NCBI GenBank assembly: GCA_051294905.1
Contig: CM119372.1
Coordinates: 37,822,001 to 37,886,000, forward strand
Reading direction: 5' to 3'
From: Botryllus schlosseri
Taxonomy: Eukaryota
Length of the DNA: 64,000 nucleotides
Below the pieces are notes generated by a model. It made no database searches, was not told where the DNA came from, and was given only the letters and a program-made list of their open reading frames with translations. Position numbers and translations under genes: made by a program. How positions within the stretch are numbered: the stretch's first letter is position 1; each line of letters starts with the position of its first letter. Positions 14,038-26,382 of the stretch are shown piece by piece.

Positions 14038-16099
14038 ACCCTTTCTGGTACTATCAACATACAATCAGCACGATTTTAGGGTGCACTAACTATGACTGAC
14101 CACGATCATGGAACGGTATTTCTCCGGCAACACGAGAGTCGTCCAGCATAGAGGACAGGACTATTCAGCGCTGGGACGTTTCATTGGTTCTCAAATTTCC
14201 TGACTCATCGCTGCTTTTGAAGCTCGACATATTTTTCTCGCCCTCCTAAAGACTGTAGGTCGCCAGTAACCGCATCCTTCCATTTTTCCGTATAATTCAA
14301 GTATAGGTTGTATTCACTTACTAAAGTAGTTTTGCATGTATACTACTTCTACATCTACAGTTTTCTTGCCCCGTCTCTCACAATCGCTCACTTTGGGATG
14401 GGCTCTTGGCTCACTGGATCTAGTGTTGTATCCAACATGACGAAAATACATCGTGTGCGCATGTCATAATTATTTTCCTATTATCATCGGGATATATCTC
14501 AAGGCGAGTTCTTGTTTGATCGGCCACTCCATGTGGATTCGCCGTGAACCTATCTGCACGTTGTATTAATGATCCTATAATCCTACGGTGAATTAATGAA
14601 TGAATGAATAATGAAGGCTATCGCTCTATCGAGTGATAGAATGATGGACAGTTCTAGGCTGTGCAACGAACGCTGTGCCAATGTTGAACATTGACACCAT
14701 CTCGTCAAGTTGCTTTGAATGTGAACCCACAAATGGCCTGATATTTACCTCATTACTGTAGTAACTAATGGGATTTAAATTCCGCACATTTTAATGGAAC
14801 GGCGTGCTTGATAGCCGCCTGCTTGATAGCTTTGTTTTAGGTGGACGTTCACATGCTTTCCGTTAAACACTCCAACACATTTGTGACGCCAGAACTTCAT
14901 CAGGACAAGCAAGTGCCACGCCTTTGGCGCATGTGCCATACGTGTTGATGGTAAGAGCGTTATCACTGCACCCTTAGGAGTCTAGCAGGATTATTTATCT
15001 GGCCCGGTTAGGTAAATGTTACCTTCCATTCTATACTATCACTTCCTTCAGCATGAAACTGCAACATCATTCTCATAAATATGTGTAACTTTACCAAAAT
15101 AATACCAGTAGATTCTTACGGTCGGTTATGTTCACCGTAAACGAATAATAGATAGGCATAAGCGCTACGACATCAAACGGGTTAGTGCGAAATAAGGGTG
15201 GGTATATTTTAAATTATAATCAATACTGTCATAACAACATAACACTATAGTACAAGGGTTCTTAAAGTGTGGGTGGCTACCCAAACATGGGCCGCGAACG
15301 GTATAATATTGGATCTCGACGGCAACCGAGCAATCTTTTAATGTGCATGCAATATTTTTTGAATTTTATGCGACAAAACGTTTCGTCGTGCATCCTGCGA
15401 TCTCAGGATGCTGGTTTCTACATGTCCGGCGCTCACTGTGTTGGATGCTATAGGCAAAGCGAAACACCTAGAAACGTTGTTACTACAATATGGCTTAATC
15501 ATGAAAATGTGCCGACCCTTGTATTACACAACTTGGTTTGAATTATTGATAAGATTTTTCCGGCATGGGTTTATCTGGAGAACACCAAGGCGACCATTGG
15601 GATGAGTTAGTGTAGGGGTGTGCAACAAGTGGGTGTTGCTGGATACACAGACACTGGTATTTCGAAGCAACCCCTTTCCGCGATGGGACACATGAGGGCA
15701 TATATGTTAGGCCAACATACCGTTGGGCAAAGCACGATGCTAAAAAGATCGGCAGCGATAAAAACTTGACCAAAATAGACCATGCTGGTTGGCTAAAACC
15801 TTCGATATTGATATGTCCGGTCGTCGAAATGGTTCCCATCGAACAGTCCGATGATTGCAATCTGAGTAGACAGTAGTACAAACGCAGTACAAATGAGACT
15901 TCCCACAGAGAAAAATGATGCATTCAATTTGAAGTCGTGTGATTAGACGACATGTTTCATAGAGTTGCGTTTCGAAAACAACTATTGTCTGCGCGCTCTC
16001 TAAGTCATACATACGTGTAAACACGTAGCCCAGAATACTAATATTAATAATGAATTTATTTCGAAGTGTGGGACTTGGGTTGCGAGATGCCATTAAAAC

Positions 16100-16365
16100 C
16101 AGAGGTGGTCAGTAACGAAGTACTTCAACTTTTTGAAGTACTTGAAGTCGATTTTGCCTACTAACACTACTTTCTAAGTAGTTATGATTTTAGACTACTT
16201 CTACTGCTACTTGACAGTTTTCAGTTTTGTAGGCAAAAATAAGCGTAGAATACTTACTTACTCACGTACTTGTGAACCAACATTCCTGCTTCTACTTGAG
16301 TAGATATTCCGGCGTTTCTTCTACTTCTACTTAAGTAGCGACAGTGACTACTTTGACCACCTCTG
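16100..16365 (+). mobile_element. hAT-type MITE (266 bp) with internal ctactt/aagtac repeats
   Basis: TIR cagaggtggtca ... tgaccacctctg, with a perfect 8-bp TSD attaaaac (16092-16099, 16366-16373). Confidence 0.85.
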
Positions 16366-17135
16366 ATTAAAACTCAGATTCGGGTCGCGGTCTAAAAAGT
16401 TTAGGAAATACTGACTTATGAAAACCCTAGTATTATACCACAATGCTGAAGTACATGCAAACGTCAAACTGGAAATGGAACAATCAAATCGTAAATCGTA
16501 AATCGTTGAATTATATTTTTCATCTGAACAAGACAAACACAATGTACAATACGATACGACACAATGCGATGTAATGAACAGATAGCTGGTCCGAAGTTGA
16601 AACATAAAAAATTTCAGCCAAAGATGTTATAATGTCGTGAAAAATTGTGATACATGAAAAAGGTTCACAGTGCAGTACCTACCAAGGTTCGTTTGTGAAC
16701 GCGAACCTCCAGATTTCAGAAGTGCACACCATCCCTACTATATGATTGATTTAGCAAACGCGACCATGAGGGAAGATGACCTGTTTAATACGCGACAACT
16801 AAGCAACTACCGCTTATTGCAGCTCAGTCGGCTGTGAATGGACGTATCTTGGGTATTTGATGACGAGAAAACAATTATTGAATTAAAGTTTATCATAACA
16901 CTTGAAAATTCTATGTCGTGCACAACTGGACATGTATGCGAATGAACTAAATATTGTAACTTCTATTTTTCATACACAGATTGTCATATCTAAAAACACC
17001 GATAAACATTGATTAAACCATGTCCCTTTTTGAACATCCGTGTTTTAAATATAATTTCATTTTAAATACAATCCTCTTCGTAATCAAGGACATAGAAAAG
17101 TACGTTTCCGTGGATGAAGTCAATCATTCTTTTAT

Positions 17136-18186
17136 TCAATTATTTGTCTCTTGCAGTAGTCGTGGCAGTGTGAGTAGTAGCAGCAGTCTCAATCTCAGAG
17201 CAACTGAATCGCTTCCTGGCATATTTGAGCACGCTACCTCTACACCGTTGTACCTCTTAATTTCGCTCGACGCGAAATAGTACAGAAACGTATTGAGACA
17301 TTCGGTGACGCGAAGGGTTGCGTGCGGCACGAAAACTAATGCTAAGACCATGTTAGGCGTACGACTTATTTTGATCAGGAAGGACATTTGTGCACCATAA
17401 CTGATGCCGTACCCTAGAAGAAATGTAATGATGATGGCTTTTAGTTGAAAAATCGCATGTTTCTCTTTCTGCTTTGACGACTTGCTGGTGGACAGGGACA
17501 TGGAAGATGTTCTTCGGCGTCGCAAAAGAAAACTATCGCTATGCATATGGCAACAACTAAAACGATTGGTATCAATATTCCTATTGTCATCGAAATTGCA
17601 GTCAACACATTCAACCAAAGTAAACGCTTCTCTCCGAAAGTGCACATGCTACCATGATGATCATTAACGTGTTGCGATTGCAAAACCATCGGACAAATCA
17701 TGACAGAAAATGAAATAAACCATGATCCCAGGATCAGTTTGCGACAAGACTGTACTGTACAGACATACCATCACCGCGTGAATTGAAATCATGCACTAAA
17801 CTACGAAACCGGATTACGCTCAGCAGTAGTACATGTTGTTCCGTCACCATTGAGGTTGCGGTGTCACAGGGAATGATCATGTAACAGAAACCCCACGGCA
17901 ATTCGAAGCTACTGCTGTATATAGACTGGTATACGTAAAAAGGACTGTTTAATGCCGATACAAGATCAGAAAAACTAAGGCCGGTCACGATCAAGGTGAA
18001 GTTACTGGCTTTGATTCTAAGCAGGATAATGATCATTGCGATGTTCGCAATCAATCCAACGATTGTCAGCATTCCAATTATACTCCATATTACAGCGAGC
18101 GCATGCGGGCTGATGTCTGATGATGGTGTTTCTAAGCTCGACTTTGTCGTGATGTTTTGAGGAAACGTAGGCGAAGTAGTCATCAT
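17136..18186 (-). pseudogene. Intronless class A (rhodopsin-like) GPCR, disrupted by two frameshifts
   Basis: TM1 (GLIANIAMI), TM2 (GLSFSDLV) and TM3 (C...LLSVIRF, a DRY-like IRF) lie in ORF 17734-18186. Removing a 5-bp duplication (ctgta x2 at 17750-17759) restores TM4 (LILGSWFISF) and TM5 (ILIPIVLVVAIC). A 1-bp shift near 17525-17533 leads to TM6 and TM7 (TECLNTFLYYF, NPxxY-like). Confidence 0.8.
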
Positions 18187-18581
18187 TCCCCCAGCAAGCG
18201 GAAGATCGAATCTATAATAATCTGCTGACGGAACGCAAGGTTAGCGCCTTCACAGTCAATACTTAGGTAATCGAAATGCTCACACTCACACCAAATTTAA
18301 ATGTATTGCCTTGGGCCTTCTTGGGTACCACATATATCCGCTGAAGTCGATCTGCAAAGTATGACATCTCTAACACGGACATCAGATTGGAATATTTTTA
18401 ATTAATCAGCAAGAGTCATACGCTGTCAACATTCCTAAAGCTATGAGATATCTCTATCTCAATTGATATGATGCATGATGATGCCTTTGAAATTGAATTT
18501 ACTCCAAATCCCATTGAGCCGAATTAGCACATGTGGAAACTCGAGGTTTCCAAAATGTTCTGTATTTGCCGCTTAGAATAT

Positions 18582-19279
18582 TGTTGCACGTGGTGTGGCT
18601 GGAGACCGCGTGTTGAGTGAGTTGAGTAGGGAGTTGGCTGAGAGCGTGGATCTGAAGATGGATGCGAGTGAGTATGTCTCTGGGTTTGGTAGCGTGAAGT
18701 ATCAGTAGTTGGGAGCAGCAGCGTGAAGTAGTGGTGCTATTAGGCAGATAGGGCTTGAAGTGGTAGGTAGTTGGCCTTGTATTAGCAGGCTTGAGTTGGA
18801 TGTACCGGTCGGAGTCTCTGCGCGGATAGTTGACTGGGGCACGGCCTAGTCAGTGACGGTGCTACGCGAGCACCTAGGGAGTGATGTTGCCCCGTTGGTA
18901 GTCCGTACTCGCTTGTAGATGACAAGACGGCTGCTGGGCTAGGTTTAGGCTGATGGGTATGTGTGCGTGGGGTTAGCTTGGAGTGCCGTTACAGTTTGCT
19001 GTGCAGTATGCTTGTGCAATGTGCATGTATCGTGAAGGAGTGTTATAGATCGTCTGTCTTCCGTTATATGTAGGCTATGTGTTCATGAGCATCGCTGTTA
19101 TGAGTTTCTTGTGTCGTATCAATGTAATTATAACCACATAGACTTGTGGTGTTGTCGGTTGTGCTGTGATGGTAAGTGATCTTTTGAGCAGGCGGCAGTC
19201 GCAAAGAGACGAGGTCCCGTGCCCAGTAACAAACCCGCGATCCCGTTACTGGTATACGCCGCAACGGGGTCGCTCCACA
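18582..19279 (-). mobile_element. Probable solo LTR (about 700 bp)
   Basis: Block of distinct, strand-skewed composition bounded by TG...CA, with a near-TSD aatat/catat (4 of 5 bases). No coding potential. Confidence 0.45.
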
Positions 19280-19595
19280 CATATCAATTGATCAATCGTT
19301 TCCAATGTTTTGATAAGACGGAACATCAACGATTTTGATGCTATTCTTACGCATTCGGCCCTTGTAACGTTCTTAAGACAAATATAATTACATCAATTAC
19401 TCTAAAGTTGCCGTTGAAAAATGATTAGAGTGGAATTACATGGAAGTGGATTGGAGACAAAGAAAAATGATATTTGCAATTGGTAGATGTATTCACTCTT
19501 CAAGCCTTGGCTCACCAACTTCAAATGTGTTCTGGACCGCTTTTGCAGCTTGGTATGCAAAACTGTGAACGTAGGAAAAACTCTCATCTCAATAC

Positions 19596-20822
19596 CAGGG
19601 CATGGCATGGTATGGTATGGAATGGGACATTTCCATACTCCAAACTCGCCTCAGTCCTTCCATCCCAAACTTACAGTTTCCCATACCATAGCTAACATTC
19701 TTCCATACCATATTTGATACTTTTTCCATACTTTCCCAGTTGCTCAACCTCTCAGATAATATTCCATTTTTGATGCATGGAAATTTTCCGGCGTCTATAA
19801 TCTGATTATATTGGATGAAATTATTCATTTAACAGTTCTAATGCACCAATTCAATCCCTAATTTCTTGTTGTCATATGTAAGCGATGCCTAATCATCAAA
19901 GACGAGATTACATGGGAATCACAATAAAAGCTCATGACAAGTAAAACTAGTGTGGCAACGCGCTTCTAGCAGTAATATGAAGATACTATCCACAAAATTA
20001 CATAAAAAAGGTATTGTCCCATTCGAATATATCTTACAACTTACAATACAATTTTACATCGCTACAATCATTAGGGATTTTGCGACAGCTGGTCCAATGC
20101 CCGATTCCCCCGTCAATGTGTGGGTCATACTCATTAGCTTAATTATAGCCAATATCGGAGTGTCCATTCTTCTATCAGAGATAACCAGATTTAAAGAAGT
20201 TGCATATAGGAGGCAGGCATGGCGTAACCTCGCTCCGTGACTATTAGCTACATATTTTATAGTAACAATAATGCTTTACGTCAAATAGATATTGCGTGGT
20301 GATCATTCGAGCAAAATGCAGCAATAAGTTACTTCCAAGTTCAAGAAATTGATAAATATTCATGTAACTGCTACATTCACAGAGTATACGATGGTAAAAC
20401 TACTCTTCGTAGTTTACGGAGAGGAAGTTACTATAAGGGAAATGTAAGCTGAAACGCGACAGCGATCGAAAATCATTCGTTTTATTGATATTCAGATATA
20501 AATATTAATTAATATTATTTCGCTTCATATGTGAGTTGTACAACTTTTTTTGTCTTCGTATTGATGTCGACAGGGGTGAGTGAGTCTGAGTCGCAATTTT
20601 AGATGTGAACATAGACATGTCAGTGAACGATTTTCTGAGGTATGCAATCGATTTGGCAAATTGAAAGTTCGTTCATTGCCATGGTTCTGGCAAAATTGCC
20701 AAAGTATAGAATGTATGGAAAAAAATTACCATAACATACCATACTTGCACATTTCCCTATTCCATACCGAATTTTCCTTCCATACCATACTTCAATACCA
20801 TACCATACCATACCATGCCCTG
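19596..20822 (+). mobile_element. Non-autonomous DNA transposon with (catac)n/(gtatg)n subterminal repeats
   Basis: TIR cagggcatggcatggtatggtatgg ... ccataccataccatgccctg. TSD is not clear. Confidence 0.65.
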
Positions 20823-20919
20823 CTAAAAGGAAATGACCAAAATCGAATCATGGGAAATGCGAATCGGATTCCGAATATCATACTTGATCAATGATGATAC
20901 GGGTAATTATGCATGGCTT

Positions 20920-21730
20920 TCGAATCAACTATTCGGATTAAATATTGCAGAAGCAGTCGGTCGATTTTGCATTGGGTGAATTGACTCTTCGACACCGTTG
21001 TCAATTTGGTTTTTACTGTCGCTGTTTGATGACGCAACGTGGATACTCCACGTTTTGTGACTTTCGTTTGATCTGAGAGATTAAACTATGCAACGTTTTA
21101 CATCGTTAATTCGAGTATACAAATATGAAATCTTGTCGATGCCACAACTGCCGAAATAAAATCTGAAAAATGCCAAAAATAAGGAATTTTTTGGCATTTT
21201 GGGCATATGCCAAAAATGCCGCCTTTGGAAAAGGCCTCCAAATCTATATGTATACCATACATATATATATATAAATATACATGCAGTACTTTCCTAGCTT
21301 TTCATTGCCGGGTGGATAATGTTTCATATTATTGTTAAAGTCACTTAAAATTTCTAACCATTTGGTTGGGTAGTGAAGGCTACTACCCAAACGTATCAGA
21401 GAGAGAAACCCTTTTAAATTGTTATCGTAAGTATTGTAACCTGAGTGACTGCCGGTAATGTTGTACGCATAGTGAATCGACTATTGAGAATAGATTTTGC
21501 AGAAGCGCTCGGTTTTGTTTCGGGTAAATTCGGTCTTCAGCACCGTTCTCGATTACGATTTAAATCTTGCTGTTTGATTGCAGAGTGTGGATACTGCTTG
21601 TTTTGTGACTTTCGTTTCATAAGAGAGACCACACTTGAGCAATTTACGCGGCTAATTCGAGTCTATAAATATGAATTCATGGCGATGCCAAAATTGCCAA
21701 AAATAAAATCAGAAAAATGCCAAAAATGCA
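20920..21730. repeat. Diverged direct duplication of about 260 bp (about 20920-21180 and 21474-21730)
   Basis: Both units run gaatc.actatt...ttgcagaagc...ttttgtgactttcgttt...taattcgagt.ta.aaatatgaa...aaaataaaatc.gaaaaatgccaaaaat. Confidence 0.6.
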
Positions 21731-22248
21731 CGGCTTGAGCATCTGTTACATCCAGGCTTGCACGTTCTACGCCATGCCGATATATTTGATGACTCATCAG
21801 CTACTGACGTTACCACGGTCCTCGGTTGCTTTAGCTATAGACTAGACCAGGGTATCTCAAACCGTGGTACGCGAGAGAATATCCGGGGTTAAGCTAGTAA
21901 CTTTAGCAAGTTTTCTGCAATAGCGATTTTAGCGTTTACGTGACAAGCGGGAACAAGGTTTAGGCCAGTGGTTCTTGACCTTGTCTCCAGGGGGCGATTT
22001 GGGTTTTGAAGGGGACGTAAACGCTCAGGGGGTGAAATGGGGGGCGCTGGGATCAGGAGCAGTATGGGGCGCTGGGATCAGGGGGCGGTATATGGGGGCG
22101 CTGAAGAAAAATGGCCACGAGGTTATTAGGAATAAAAACATTTAGTGGTGCTTTTCGCATCGAAGGCTTTTTGCACCACGGCGATTTAGACATTTTGATC
22201 AATATGATGGCAAAAAATGGCATGAAAACACAATATCAGTAAGTAGTT

Positions 22249-25200
22249 TTTCAGTGATTTTATTTCAAAATGTAATACACACATAAATATAAAAGAAATG
22301 CATAGTAGAATAGGGCAATACAGGTAAGCGTGGGGTGTTGATGTTGCATAAGATGTCATTCATCTTTCGGTTAGCGGTGGCATGGTCAGTAAGTATATTG
22401 GCTGAATATTTCATTTTTTTACGGTTGATTTCAGGATAAATGTCAAAATAACAGTGCGTTAAGTATTATAGGTTCTATAGGAACTAGTCAAGTGCTTAAT
22501 ATCGCTTAATATCGCGTTATGCATATTATCTATGTATTTCGGTATTAGCGTTTGCGCGCGCGTGGTCGATTTCAATTGTTCATCAGGTCTGCTTCGCGTT
22601 TCACCCTCTATCCCATTGTCTTCTTACTGGTTTGTGTAATTTTCTTCTGATCTCGTCGGTTTTTGAATTGATATCTTCGGCGTAATCATTTTTAATATCA
22701 AGCGTTTTTTTTCATTCCCATATTTCGCATTTCATTTTCATGAAGGTTGTAATCGCGATGAGTTTGTGCGGCCCCTCGTAGGTGTTTCTGAGGATTTCTT
22801 CCGTAGAAGCGTTGATGTCGGTTTGCAGGGAGTCCTCGGGGTCGGATCTGACAAGGTAGAATAAATTTTTGTAAATTGGGCATGTCGTGAAGATATGATA
22901 TAGGGTTTCATGGCTGCTTTTGCAGAATTTACAGTTGTTTTTTAGTTCTGCATCTTTCCTCCTCGTCCATTTCGCTTCGTTCTTCCTTGCGCCTGTAAAA
23001 TATGCTTCATTGTTAATACGATGTGATATTACTCTTTGGTGATTGGTTATGTTGTGCTTGATGGTATCGTTGTAGAGCCATATTTCTTTCCAGTAAGTGT
23101 CTTCCTGATCACCGTGTTTCGTTTTTCTTCGTATTAGTGAAGCATATATCTCTTTTTGAGTCAGATCGTAGGTTGGCGTCTCTTCGTTTTCGAGTGAGTC
23201 GTATATGCGTTTCTCCTCGGTCCATTTGTGTGTTGGCATTTGTCTGTGAGGAAAGAGGCTGTTGTAGAGGGATTTATTTATTGACCTCACCTTGGTCCCC
23301 AGGTTGTGAATGGCCTCGGCATGCCATATGTCCTCGGGTGTTTCGAGTTTTGCTATTTCCTGTAGGCGCTTTGCATTTCTGGCGTTGATCGTGGTCGGTA
23401 TGTGAGGCATTCCTAATCCTCCATATTCTTTTGGCCTGATCAGTGTGTTCCTTGATTTTTGTTCCAGGTTTTCAGGACTCCATAGGATGTTGTATAGGAT
23501 CCTTCCCATCTGCTTTGATTGTTTTTCAGTTATCTGTAGATTGTAATAGACGTAAGTTATCTTGGATAGCATGTATGCTTTTATTGCCTGAATTCTCCCA
23601 ATCCATGTCAGTTTTTTTTGCTTTGATGTTCCTTGCACTTGCTTCCAGCTTTTTTATCAATTCATCATGGTTCTTTTCAACGTCATAGTCGCCATGGTAG
23701 ATTCCCAGAATCTTGATTGTTGGTTTTATTAGTACAGCATGTCGGGAATTTTGGAGGATTACTCTCGACTTGTTGTTGAGGGGAAGAATTTCTGTTTTTT
23801 CAAGGTTGATATCTTGACCAGTTGTTTTGAGGTATATGTCATATTCGTCGAGCGCTGCTGTTATTGCGCGTATAGAACCAATATACAGACTGACATCGTC
23901 TGCAAATTGGTCTATTTTCTTGGTGATTCCCCCAATTCTTAGTCCGTCAATATCTGGGTTTCCAATTAGCCTCTGAGCTAATGGGTCGGCACTTATTGCA
24001 TATAGTGTCATGCTTAGGGGGCATCCTTGTCTAATTCCCCTTGTACATCGTATTTTTGCTATTTCTAGCCCGTTGATTTCAATTGCGGCAGTTGGGTTTG
24101 CATATATAGCTGCGATGGTGTTAAAAGTCTCTCTTGTTAGCGGTAGTTTGGCCAGGATTTTCATCAACATTTGTTGATTTACTTTGTCAAACGCTTTCCT
24201 CCCATCAACTGTCATTATGTAAGCCTCTTTGCAATTTGATTTATAGTAGTTCTTAATTGCGCTCACATTGTCATGAATTGTGTTCATATAGCGTCCAGGG
24301 ACTCCGGCTTTTTGCGATTTGCTTATAGATGATTCAATTTCTTTAGTTAGTCGATTGTTGAGTATTTTACCATTATTTTATATTCACTATTGAGAATCGA
24401 GATTGGTCGCCAATTTTATAGCTTCTTTTTATACTTTCCCTTATGGATTAGTATTATTTTTGCTGACTCCCAGCTTTCCGGCATGTTGTTAAATAGAATC
24501 GCGTTATTTATCAATTGAGTAAGCCTCCTACCAATGATTTTCCAGAACGTGGAGTAGAATTCACTGGTAATACCGTCTCTTCCCGGACTTTTGTCCTTTT
24601 TCATGGTGCTCAGCGCGTTCCAGACCTCATGTTGATATAAGGGTTCCGCTTTCGGTTCCTCTGAGTTGGTCTGCTGTGTAGTTGACCAGGTGCACGGTGC
24701 GAGATAGTCCTCCTGAGAGCGCTGTATACTTGATTGGGGTTGTGTCCACAGTTCTAGATAGAATTGCTCGATCTGGTAAGCAATGTCATTAGGATTATTA
24801 ATTATCTTGCCATCGTTTGCGCGCAGTTCGTTAATGTCAGTTATTCGTTTTCTTCCTTTAAATTGTGCCCAGAACTGCCTTGTGGAGCATTTTTCCCCTT
24901 CAAAGGTGTCAATTCTGGTTAGCATTTTTAGCTTTCCCTTTGCACGTTCATATCGTACGGATAGGTCTGGTTGTTTGTCCCTTAGGATTTGGTATCTTTT
25001 ACTAACGTTTCCAATTTTAGTTTTTAGAGCATCCCACCAGGTGGTAATTGATTCATATGATTAAGTCTTGGAGTTTTCTGTTTCAATCAGGTTTTTCATA
25101 ATGTCACGGTAAGTTTCATCTTTCAGAAGGTCGCTGTTACACTTCCAATTCGGCCTATGCCACCTGGTTTGTTTTCAAAGACTAGGGTTGCAGTGGGGCT

Positions 25201-25949
25201 TAGATGGTCGGCAACGGAATTGTTCTCATGTCCCACATGTACGACCTGATCAATGAGTTCATATGTCATATAAATTCTATCGATTCTGCTTGCGCCATAT
25301 TTCGTTATATGTGTATATTCTTCTGCGCCGGGGCGTTTATGTCTGAAGATGTCAACCATACCAGCATCTTCTATCGACTTTTCAAACTGTTTAGCTTCGC
25401 TTGTACTAGCAAACTTTCGTTTGGCTTTAACATCTTATGATCAGTCACAAAATTGAAGTCGCCTCCAATTACAATAGGGGTGTCGATTCTATCGAGCTCT
25501 ATGTCCAGTGCGTTTAACAATTTGATTCTATTTTTTATGGCGGCTGGCGTATTCCCGGAAGGAGCGTAGACATTGATTACTTCAACAGGGCATTGGTCCA
25601 TTTCTATTATTATACTTTGGAGCCTATTCTCGACGGGAGTAGAAGTTTTAAGATTTTACCTTTGTGGTCTTTATTTACCATTATTGCGGCTCCATCGAAT
25701 TGTCTTGTGTAATTTGTGTTGTTGAAGAATATCTTGAATCCCAGTCTTTCATCCCCATCCATTATATCCGATTTATTTATTCCGTGCGTCTCTTGTAAGA
25801 GGAGTATGTCCATATTTGATTGTTGAATGTAGTTCTTTATGTCTGCAAGTCTATTTTGTATTCCGTTTGCGTTTAGGGTTGAAATCTTCATTTATGACGG
25901 TGTGCTGGAGCAGTTTGACAAGTGATCTGACAGCTCTGTTTCTGTTTCT
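22249..25949 (-). mobile_element. L1/Tx1-clade non-LTR retrotransposon, 5'-truncated, with full-length but frameshifted ORF2 (APE endonuclease, RT, CCHC)
   Basis: APE motifs TLNANG, LQETH, NVYAP, GGDFN, SRIDRIY, ADH. RT motifs SPGRDG..SEFY, WRPIS, KAFDKV, GIRQGCPLS, FADD. C-terminal CKFC..ETLYHIFTTC. AATAAA near the 3' end. 10-bp TSD gtaagtagtt at 22239-22248 and 25950-25959. Confidence 0.9.
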
Positions 25950-26382
25950 GTAAGTAGTTAAATGCGACGCTTTGACCCTCGTATAAAGTCCAGTAGATCA
26001 GCGATAATGTTGCTGTCCGTTAAAAGGTTATATAGCTGGAAAGGTACGTTCTTTGTGTGCGCGATACGTTGTAGCTTTCTCCTTATCTCAGTCAGATGTG
26101 CGCAAGTCATAATATAGTGTTCGACCTTTTCTAATTCGCCGCAATGCTCGCACAATGGTGATTCCGAGCAGCCAATGTGGTGGAGATGTGCATTGAGTCC
26201 GCAATGGCCGGTGTGTAGTCGAAACAACGTAGCTTCGTTGCGTCGTGGTGGGACTGATGGTAATTTCACCTCCAGATTTGGTCTGAAGATTTTGTAATGG
26301 CTTCTTGTTTCTGAATCGAGATATTCCCGGTTCCAAATAGCTTTATATTTACGTAAAGCGATTTTCTTTGCATCGTCTATAG

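Noticed and set aside
15600..15900. Protein-like open frames (e.g. WYFEATPFRDGTHEGIYVRPTYRW)
   Set aside because: 15677-15800 is similar to the non-coding interior of the hAT element at 51760-51900 (gatcggcagcgataaaa..ttg.cc), so it is a TE relic.
21366..21390. Perfect 9-bp hairpin ttgggtagt...actacccaa as a terminator or Helitron 3' end
   Set aside because: The context is eukaryotic and no CTRR end follows at the expected distance, so no function can be supported.
22712..25891. Idea that the L1/Tx1 ORF2 is intact and its breaks are only homopolymer assembly errors
   Set aside because: Besides several frameshifts there is an in-frame TAA near 25061. The neighbouring BHMT exons show no indel errors, so real decay is more likely.
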